A DNA stretch of 64,000 nt from an uncultured bacterium (GTDB lineage Bacteria; Zixibacteria; MSB-5A5; UBA10806). Under the pieces are notes generated by a model that ran no database searches, was not told where the DNA came from, and saw only the letters and a list, made by a program, of their open reading frames with translations. The DNA lies in contig CBEUCH010000001.1 in NCBI GenBank assembly GCA_965541585.1, positions 352,001 through 416,000 on the forward strand, written 5' to 3'. Within the stretch, counting starts at the first letter, position 1; the number at the start of each line of letters is the position of its first letter. Made by a program: the position numbers and the translations under genes. Positions 28,468 through 36,194 of the stretch are shown here, in pieces.

Positions 28468-28599
28468 TCATATTGCGCTCAACAGCCAGAATAAGAAAGC
28501 GAATCCATTGAAGTTCCTGACGGCATCAAGATTCTCGTTCGCTGTTTTCCCGGCATCTCTTATGAATTTCCGCCGGCCGGTTTCAACGGTTTTACTCAT
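28468..28599 (-). pseudogene. 43-codon mini-ORF carrying a duplicated Tat n-region of the FeS subunit gene (probable gene remnant)
   Basis: GGAGG site, then MSKTVETGRRKFIRDAGKTA...AI*. Nt 28540-28577 match 27063-27100 at 35 of 38 positions. Confidence 0.5.
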
Positions 28600-28666
28600 G
28601 AAATTTCCTCCATCATCCCTGAAGGCGGGATAAGATCAGTTTCCGAATTCAGCCTGTCAGGAAGAC

Positions 28667-29821
28667 TCATAGGTTGTACCATAGATGCAGATAGAACGTG
28701 TTGTTGGCGTCGATGTCGCTATCCTCGAAAGATAAAATCTGCACATTGGGTATTATGTGAACCTTTTTCGCAGGCATCCAATCCAATCCGATAATCAGCA
28801 AACCAGCATTCGTCTCCAGCTCGGGATCACCGGTCGGCCTTTCGGCATCGTTGAAGCCGGTCTGGTAAATGTCGTAGCGGGCCAATGCTTTGAGTTTCTT
28901 TTCCACAATGAATACATTGCCAAAACCGGATATGCATGAGGCAGTTATGTCCTCCAGGCTTCCCGGAATTGTCTTGGAATTGTAGTTAACGCCTGCCAGG
29001 AAAAGATCTTTCTTCTGATAGCTACAGAATAGGTCAAACTGTATGTTGTTGTAGCTTGTTGGACTGCCCTGATCATCAAGACCCTTCCACGGCTCGATCT
29101 CGGCATAGGCGGATACATGAACTGCCTTTTCAAGAAAATAGCCGCCCGCCCTCACCTGGAAGTTCTTGTACATATCGTTTTCGGCCTTCTTGTAACCGAC
29201 GCCGTTACGGACCATGAAATTCGCATAGTAGAAACCGTTTGGCTTCCACTTCAAGCCGACCCCCATATCAGCAGAGGAACCCATCTTTGTATTGGCCCCT
29301 GTATCAAAATTACTGTGCTGGTAGCCAAGTTCGGCGGCTCTTGAAGGGTCCGCGGCAGCCCAGGCATCGAGTCGCTGCCCATAGGCGCCTCTGACGCCTC
29401 CCCAGAAATCCCCGAAGGACTCCATGGGGGATTTGCGTATAGCCCTGTATCCCCAGGCCTTCTCCGGCACGTTCCAGTTATTGGTGCCCTGAAGGCCCAT
29501 TAAAGCGTGAAGATTCCACTGGCTGAGATTCCAGTCAAGATACGCATATTTAGTGAAGACTTCGAATTTTCCTCCTCCCGGCTGGTGAGAAATATCCGTA
29601 AGATAGCGGGCTATGAACTCCTCTGAAATCTGATACTTCGCCCCGAAATACATCCGTGAGAAATCAAATTCGTTTTCCTGGCCTGCGCCCGACGTGAAAT
29701 CATGCAGATAATAGAAATACCCTTTTCCCTCAGGAGTCAGGGTTCCCGGATCCTTGCCGGCAAAAGCTGAAGCCGACAATAAGAGCAGGATACAAATCCC
29801 GATCACACCAAATTGTTTCAT
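28667..29821 (-). CDS. Outer-membrane beta-barrel/porin
   Basis: Signal peptide ending AFA, FDFSRMYFG and KYAYLDW strands, and a C-terminal beta-signal-like FYLHLWYNL. Start taken at MKQFG. Confidence 0.7.
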   Translation of the reverse strand: MKQFGVIGICILLLLSASAFAGKDPGTLTPEGKGYFYYLHDFTSGAGQENEFDFSRMYFGAKYQISEEFIARYLTDISHQPGGGKFEVFTKYAYLDWNLSQWNLHALMGLQGTNNWNVPEKAWGYRAIRKSPMESFGDFWGGVRGAYGQRLDAWAAADPSRAAELGYQHSNFDTGANTKMGSSADMGVGLKWKPNGFYYANFMVRNGVGYKKAENDMYKNFQVRAGGYFLEKAVHVSAYAEIEPWKGLDDQGSPTSYNNIQFDLFCSYQKKDLFLAGVNYNSKTIPGSLEDITASCISGFGNVFIVEKKLKALARYDIYQTGFNDAERPTGDPELETNAGLLIIGLDWMPAKKVHIIPNVQILSFEDSDIDANNTFYLHLWYNL

Positions 29822-30197
29822 CTTTCTGTTCAATACACTTTCCTTTCCTTTGCTATCATCCTCGTTCTGTTTCAGACAACACAATTCTTAATACACTGAA
29901 CTCTTCTGCCTACCGCATATTTAGAGGAAAACCAAGTTCCATAAATATATAAAATCGATTTTGTGTGGTCTTTTCGTTCAACACCATTTTCCACTTTGCC
30001 ATCATCTTCTCACTACGCCAGACAACACAATACACAAAATACCGAGGCTAAATAACACGTGATGGGAGCAAAGTCAACCCCCGAAACTAAAAATAATCGT
30101 TATTTTTCTTTTTTCCGTCTACGAAACCACCCTTCCTCTAAAACATGGAGCCATATAAAAATGAAGACAGCATGCATGTCAAAAAATACGCAACCGA

Positions 30198-31874
30198 TCA
30201 GTCGTAGCTGACGAACCATTCGGGAGCGAGCCTCCTGGTGGCATTCACAATATCCCGGTCTTCCTCTTTTAAAGCCCCTCGACCGATCAATGTTTCGATA
30301 ATCCTGCCCAGGAGCACCATCCTGTCGCGTATAGGTATCAGAGCCGGATAATACTCATTATTGAACATCAGACGATAGCGTTTGCTGGATTTCTCATCTG
30401 CCAGGATTCCGCCGATAGCCTTATCCAGTTCCGACCCCACTAATCCGGCTAAGGCCTCTTTCGGGGAGAGCATCGCCTGGCGGGTATGCTCTAAGCTTTT
30501 ATAACACCGGAATTTAAACTGCCAGCAATCCATCAGACCCAGCGAATTAATAGTTAGTACGTTGACGGATATTATGTTATCGGAAACGTCTATTCCGACT
30601 CCGGTCATGAATGGCAAGAAATAGTTATCGGTGATGGCGCCAAAAGCGCTGATTCCCCCCTTGAAGGGATCTTCGAGGATGTCAGCGATTGTAAAATATG
30701 GTTTTTGCTCAAAACGGGCGTCCTGGATCAACATATATTCTTCTTCGGTGTAATGAAACCGATCACTCCACAATTGCTCAGCCGTAAGGTTTCCATTTGT
30801 AAGGGATGATTGGCTGGTAAGCATCCCCAATGCCTGGCCGCCTCGCCAGACAAGAGGCAGCACCCCCACAGCCCATTCCGCAGAGCCGCCGATCTCGCCA
30901 ATCATCGACAATAATCCTCGATTATCGGGAAATTCCAGATTCTCTAGACCCAGTAACAGGGCGGGAAATAAGTCGCCATCCTTATCGTATGGAGTTGTCA
31001 CTCCAGCCTTGTTTAATATGTCCATAGCAGGATAGTGTCTTTTGCGATCCAGGAAGTAGGAGCTCAATCGGCCTATATCGGGGAGTCCATAGGAACCGGC
31101 GATGATTTCGGCGGCGTCGGTTAACGTAGCCTCACGAGGATTGAATTCCTCGAAAAATGCGCCCCCCATCCAACGCTGGACATATATGTCCGGCATGTGT
31201 CTTTTCACTCCCGATTCCGTCAGGAATAATGCTGTCAGGCTGGAATGATCCCCATTTATTGATTTTGTTGTCCCGTCGATAACGTCATTACCCATGGAAA
31301 GCAGGGTAATATCTTTGCCCATCGGCAGGCCGTACCGGGCACGGTGTTTGTCCTTGCCGAACAGCGCCCCGACCGCTATGGTGGGATTTCCGCCTGCCTC
31401 TTTGCCGGGTTTAACCCTAACTCCTTCAGTAAGCGTCGATTCTATGAGAACCTCTTCGGGCATCGGAAGAGATTCTGTTGTATTCTGGAGAACCTCTGCC
31501 ATAATCTGAGCCGCTGTCCTGTCGTTTGCTCTTTTATGCTTGTTTTCCAGATCCTTCGTGACCCTATCTTTCGTGACCTTCTTCAGGCTGCCGCGACCAT
31601 TCAGGCCAACAGCCACCGCTGATAACGCCGCCGATAAGATCACCGATTCCCTTAACTGCCTGTTACGAAGCGCACCCAGATTGGACCTGCTATTGGGTCG
31701 GTTAGCCAGATTGCGGATATCGGCTCCTGCAAGAGAAATATCATATTGGGAAAGAACTGCATGGTGACGATGGTTGAATTCGATTATCTGATCGGAATCT
31801 AAAGCGGTAGTTCTCGCGGCTCCATTATATTTCAGACGTTGATCTGCTATATTGAAGCGCATTTCGCCGGTCAT
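30198..31874 (-). CDS. Divergent, elongated GlpX-like (class II fructose-1,6-bisphosphatase fold) protein
   Basis: Motifs KRANDRTAA, TEG, NDVIDGT, DGDL and IGGSAE follow the order of GlpX KxxADxAA, GEGE, DPIEGT, DGDV and GGAPE. Confidence 0.65.
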   Translation of the reverse strand: MTGEMRFNIADQRLKYNGAARTTALDSDQIIEFNHRHHAVLSQYDISLAGADIRNLANRPNSRSNLGALRNRQLRESVILSAALSAVAVGLNGRGSLKKVTKDRVTKDLENKHKRANDRTAAQIMAEVLQNTTESLPMPEEVLIESTLTEGVRVKPGKEAGGNPTIAVGALFGKDKHRARYGLPMGKDITLLSMGNDVIDGTTKSINGDHSSLTALFLTESGVKRHMPDIYVQRWMGGAFFEEFNPREATLTDAAEIIAGSYGLPDIGRLSSYFLDRKRHYPAMDILNKAGVTTPYDKDGDLFPALLLGLENLEFPDNRGLLSMIGEIGGSAEWAVGVLPLVWRGGQALGMLTSQSSLTNGNLTAEQLWSDRFHYTEEEYMLIQDARFEQKPYFTIADILEDPFKGGISAFGAITDNYFLPFMTGVGIDVSDNIISVNVLTINSLGLMDCWQFKFRCYKSLEHTRQAMLSPKEALAGLVGSELDKAIGGILADEKSSKRYRLMFNNEYYPALIPIRDRMVLLGRIIETLIGRGALKEEDRDIVNATRRLAPEWFVSYD

Positions 31875-32182
31875 AGAACCTCCATCTTGGGCACAATCTT
31901 CGCTCTCCCGAATTCTCAGGAAGCGTCATGGACAATTCAACCCAAGGTTAACAGATTCTTATCTCATTTTCAAGTTTATAATGACCATGGAAAGACTGTC
32001 ACGATTTCTGCTTTTTATTTTATTTGGACTGGGGTTGGATTTTTGTATAATAATGCCCTGTGTACGGCGGGTTTGACGTTTACCCGGGACAGGGCGATCG
32101 GACCTCCGTCCCCCGGGTTCAGGAGAATTTCCGATATGGTTTCAATTGCAGGCCATAAACCTCAGGCGAAGGATATTGCGCG

Positions 32183-32677
32183 ATGAAGAAAAAAAAGTTA
32201 ACACACGTTACGGAGGAGGGCGAGGCTCGCATGGTGGATGTTGGCGGCAAGGAAGATACTGAAAGATACGCTGTTGTTAAGGGAAGGATTCTAATTTCGA
32301 AAGAGCTGTTATCGAGATTCAGGGAGAACTCTCTCGAGAAGGGGGATGCTCTTGCAGTCGCCCGTATAGCCGGTATTCAGGGCGCCAAGAAGACCGCCGA
32401 ACTTATTCCTTTATGCCATTCAATTCCTCTAACCTCCATATCCCTGGATCTGACGTTAGTTGATAACCCGCCGTCGGTGGAGATCAAGTCGACTGCCCGC
32501 GCCAGATATAAAACAGGTGTCGAGATGGAGGCCTTGACGGGGGCGGCCGTTGCTGCTCTGACCATTTATGATATGGGAAAGGCCATTGACAGGGGAATGG
32601 TAATAGAGTCGATTGAACTGGTGGAAAAATCCGGCGGCAGAAGCGGTCAATGGAAAAGGGAGAAAGGGTCTGATTGA
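32183..32677 (+). CDS. moaC: Cyclic pyranopterin monophosphate synthase
   Basis: LTHV..ARMVDV, LIPLCH, TGVEMEAL and LTIYDMGKAID motifs. Confidence 0.96.
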   Translation: MKKKKLTHVTEEGEARMVDVGGKEDTERYAVVKGRILISKELLSRFRENSLEKGDALAVARIAGIQGAKKTAELIPLCHSIPLTSISLDLTLVDNPPSVEIKSTARARYKTGVEMEALTGAAVAALTIYDMGKAIDRGMVIESIELVEKSGGRSGQWKREKGSD

Positions 32678-33870
32678 AAGACTGGCTGATCAAGTTAAAT
32701 CTGCGGTTCGATAGAAACGAGATAAGCGGTTCCCTCGGAGATATGGGGACTTTTCTTCCTCTGGTCGCCGGTATGGTGAACCGTTGCGGGATGAACCTGG
32801 GACATATTCTGTTTTTTGCCGGGGCGATGAACCTGGTAACCGGCCTGACTTTCGGAATACCTATGCCGGTGCAGCCGATGAAGGCCATAGCCGCCGTTGC
32901 GATAACCGAAGGGATGAATCAAAATATGATCATTGCCTCCGGTATTGCAGCCGGTGCGGCGATACTGATCCTGTCAGCGACCGGCTTGATAAACTTCGTT
33001 TATAGAATTGTCCCCAAACCTGTGGTTCGAGGTCTTCAACTGGCCATAGGCTTGAAATTGCTTATCATAGGTGTGGAGATGATCGCCGGCACGGGGCGGT
33101 TGCTGGCTCTGGATTCAGTTACCACTGCCCTGCTATGTCTGTCAATAGCGCTGATATCTTTTCGCTATAAAAGGATTCCCGGAGCCCTCATCATATTCAT
33201 CCTCGGAGCGGGGATGCTATTCTGGGCCAGGCCCGATATTCTTTCCCGGCTTACGTTGGGATGGGAACTTCCCCATTTTATTTTTCCATCGACCTCGGAT
33301 TTTTTGGCCGGTGCGTGGCGAGGTGCGGTGCCGCAAATTCCGCTCACGGTTATGAATTCTGTCATAGCAGTCTGCGCGCTGTCGGCTGATCTCTTCCCCG
33401 AAAGATCTCTCTCTCCCCGCAAGGTCTCGATGAGCGTAGCCATCATGAACATCGTTAGCTGTCCCCTGGGGGGCATGCCCATGTGTCACGGTTCGGGAGG
33501 ATTGGCTGCACAATACAGATTCGGCGCCCGCACGGGCGGCAGCGTTGTATTCCTGGGCCTGGCCAAGATGGTTCTTGCTGTCGTTTTTGGCAGCTCCCTT
33601 TTGACAATAATATCGATATACCCGGCAAGTGTCCTGGGGGTATTGCTTATATTTAGCGGATATGAACTTGCCATCGTCTGCCGCGATCAAACCGAATTAT
33701 CCCGGGTTCTCATAATGGTGCTCACGGCGGGGGTGTGTATTGCCGCCAACATCGCTGTTGGGACTATAGCCGGATTAGCTTTAGCCCTGTTTTTAGAAAG
33801 GGGTTTCCCCGGTTCGAAGTCTCGCCGGGCCAATAGTGAGAACGTTACCGGGACGAAAGAGGAAAGTTAA
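32674..33870 (+). CDS. MOT1-type putative molybdate/sulfate transporter
   Basis: EISGSLGDMGTFLP, PMPVQPMKAIAA and GGMPMCHGSGGLAAQYRFGAR signatures. Polytopic membrane protein. Confidence 0.85.
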   Translation: MKDWLIKLNLRFDRNEISGSLGDMGTFLPLVAGMVNRCGMNLGHILFFAGAMNLVTGLTFGIPMPVQPMKAIAAVAITEGMNQNMIIASGIAAGAAILILSATGLINFVYRIVPKPVVRGLQLAIGLKLLIIGVEMIAGTGRLLALDSVTTALLCLSIALISFRYKRIPGALIIFILGAGMLFWARPDILSRLTLGWELPHFIFPSTSDFLAGAWRGAVPQIPLTVMNSVIAVCALSADLFPERSLSPRKVSMSVAIMNIVSCPLGGMPMCHGSGGLAAQYRFGARTGGSVVFLGLAKMVLAVVFGSSLLTIISIYPASVLGVLLIFSGYELAIVCRDQTELSRVLIMVLTAGVCIAANIAVGTIAGLALALFLERGFPGSKSRRANSENVTGTKEES

Positions 33871-34325
33871 TGCCAGAGATCCGGAAGGCAGTGAAACCGC
33901 ATATTTTTCGCATCTCCATTGCGGCAGAGATAGGGCAGAAAAAACGCAATGTAAAAAGCGCCCTTCTTAAGGCCGGTGAGGGTATCAAAGGAGACGCCCA
34001 TTCCGGATCAGCCAGACCGGTAAGTCTATTGCCATTCGAGAGCTTCAAAAAATTAGAGCATCCGGACCTGGATATAAATCCCGGCGATTTTGCGGAGAAC
34101 ATCACAACCCTGGGAGTTGATTTTGCGGGATTGACAATTGGCACGAAGCTTTTACTTGGACAGGTGGTGGAAGTGGAGATAATTCAAATCGGGAAAGAAT
34201 GTCACCTCGGATGCATAATAAGAGAAACCGTGGGCGATTGCATCATGCCCAGGGAGGGCGTCTTTGCGCAGGTGCTGACGGGAGGCGAGATCAGGGAGGG
34301 TGATCCTGTTCGTATATTAAGCTGA
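33870..34325 (+). CDS. MOSC-domain sulfur-carrier protein
   Basis: GDAH, RPVSLL, PGDFAENITT and QIGKECH..C..MPREG motifs. Confidence 0.9.
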   Translation: MPEIRKAVKPHIFRISIAAEIGQKKRNVKSALLKAGEGIKGDAHSGSARPVSLLPFESFKKLEHPDLDINPGDFAENITTLGVDFAGLTIGTKLLLGQVVEVEIIQIGKECHLGCIIRETVGDCIMPREGVFAQVLTGGEIREGDPVRILS

Positions 34326-34326
34326 T

Positions 34327-35526
34327 ATGGTTAGTTTAGAGCAAGCTCAGGAGATAATTGACAAAAGGGTCGAAGAGCTTCCATTCCGGGATGCTCAGCT
34401 ATTCGATGTTGTTGGCTGCGTATTAGCAGAGGAGATCATGGCGCCTATTAACGTGCCCGATTTCGCCAGCTCCGCAATGGATGGCATCGCAATCCGTTTT
34501 GAGGATCTGAAGGGAGCTGCACCCTGGAAGATACCGATTCAAAAAGTTATAGAAGCCGGGAGCGAGAATCAAGATGCCCTTCTGCCAGGCAAGGCGGTGA
34601 AGATAATGACCGGCGCCCCGTTGCCTGAAGGGGCGGATACCGTTATACCCGTCGAAGATGTCCGCTTTGAAGCCGAATACACGATCTTAAAAGAGCGCCC
34701 TGAAAAGGGCCGGCATGTTCGCCCTCTTGGGGATGATATTCGAAAAGGGCGAGTTCTTTTTAAGAGAGGTAAGATCCTATCGCCGATTGACGCGGGCATT
34801 CTGGCATCATCAGGGCTATCAACCGTGAAAATTGTGCCCAGACCCAAAATCGGATTAATTTCTACCGGTTCCGAGTTAGTTAAACCGGGCGGGAAATTGA
34901 GGCGGGGGAAGATCTATGATAGCAATTATGCCTTCCTGCGATCCATGCTGATTCACGACGGCCATCATCAAGACGAAAAAATGAGCGTGATTGTAGATGA
35001 ACCTGATAATATCTCACGAGCATTGCAGGAATGCGGGAAGGAAAACGACCTGGTTATTTCGACGGGGGCTGTATCGGCAGGGGATTTCGATTTTATCCCC
35101 CGGGAAATCGAGCGGTTGGGTGGAGAAATAATCTTTCATAAAGCAAAAATAAAGCCGGGAAAGCCGGTTCTCCTGGCCAGGTTAGATAAGTGCTGGCTGG
35201 TAGGACTTCCGGGTAATCCCGTGAGCGCCATGGTCTGCTTTCATTTTTTTGCCCGGCGAGTGATCTCACGCCTGATGGGAATTCCCTTTAAGCCCGGAAG
35301 CTTAAAGGCCAGGTTAGGCGAGGATCTGTTAGTCAAAGGAAGTCGCTGCGTGGTAGTCGGCGCCAGGTTTGAAAGCGGTCCTGATGGCATAATTGCGCAT
35401 CCGGTTACCCGCCAATCATCGGGAAGGCTGTCCTCGATAGCGGATATCGATGGTTTTATCCTGCTTGATGGAGGCTCGAGAACCGTGCCCGGGGGCTCGG
35501 AGGTATACGGGGAGCGGTTGTATTGA
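34327..35526 (+). CDS. moeA: Molybdopterin molybdotransferase
   Basis: SAMDG, IMTGAPLPEGADTV, STGSEL, IYDSN and IKPGKP..GLPGNP motifs. Confidence 0.95.
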   Translation: MVSLEQAQEIIDKRVEELPFRDAQLFDVVGCVLAEEIMAPINVPDFASSAMDGIAIRFEDLKGAAPWKIPIQKVIEAGSENQDALLPGKAVKIMTGAPLPEGADTVIPVEDVRFEAEYTILKERPEKGRHVRPLGDDIRKGRVLFKRGKILSPIDAGILASSGLSTVKIVPRPKIGLISTGSELVKPGGKLRRGKIYDSNYAFLRSMLIHDGHHQDEKMSVIVDEPDNISRALQECGKENDLVISTGAVSAGDFDFIPREIERLGGEIIFHKAKIKPGKPVLLARLDKCWLVGLPGNPVSAMVCFHFFARRVISRLMGIPFKPGSLKARLGEDLLVKGSRCVVVGARFESGPDGIIAHPVTRQSSGRLSSIADIDGFILLDGGSRTVPGGSEVYGERLY

Positions 35527-36098
35527 GTAAGTATTATAACGATGTTACGGGATTTATACTCGCCGGCGGGGAAAGCAAAAGGTTGGGCCGGGACAAACGT
35601 ACCTTAAGCATTGGAGGCCAGACCCTTCTTGCAAAGGCTCAGGAGCTTTTGAAAAACGTCTTCGGCGAAGAACCTTTCGTTGTGGGAGATAATCTTGTAA
35701 ATTTCGGTATAAATCCCAACCGGGTTATCCACGATGCTCGTCCGAATTGCGGTCCTCTCGGAGGGTTGGTGGCATCCCTGGAAAAATCGCCGAGCGAGTG
35801 GATCTTAGTCCTGGCCGTGGATATGCCATTCCTGGAGAAGACAGATATACAAGAGATGCTCAAAGCAGGCCGGGAACAGTATGATGTTCTCACGCTGTCA
35901 GCAGACGGCAGACCGGAGCCCCTGGCAGCATTATACAAGAATACTACGCTTCCGTTCTGGCGGGAGCGACTGAATAAAGGGATTCTCGGTCTGGGAGAGG
36001 GAATCGAGCAATTAGAATGGCAAAGCGTTTTGATCCCGGATAATAAGAGAGCTCTCCTTAATATCAATGACCAGGGCGATATAGGTGATCTTCATTGA
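35523..36098 (+). CDS. mobA: Molybdenum cofactor guanylyltransferase
   Basis: LAGGESKRLGRDK, GPLGG, AVDMPF, EPLAALY and NIN motifs. Confidence 0.92.
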   Translation: MSKYYNDVTGFILAGGESKRLGRDKRTLSIGGQTLLAKAQELLKNVFGEEPFVVGDNLVNFGINPNRVIHDARPNCGPLGGLVASLEKSPSEWILVLAVDMPFLEKTDIQEMLKAGREQYDVLTLSADGRPEPLAALYKNTTLPFWRERLNKGILGLGEGIEQLEWQSVLIPDNKRALLNINDQGDIGDLH

Positions 36099-36149
36099 GT
36101 CAGGAGATGATGTTTTTCCTGATAAGAGACGTATATTGTCTGAAAATGA

Positions 36150-36175
36150 AGAAGCCGGGACCAGTCCCGGCTTCT
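36150..36175. terminator. Hairpin between convergent mobA and VIT/vWA genes (probable terminator)
   Basis: Perfect 11-bp stem AGAAGCCGGGA-CCAG-TCCCGGCTTCT. Confidence 0.6.
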
Positions 36176-36194
36176 ATCCTCGTCTGAACTGCAG

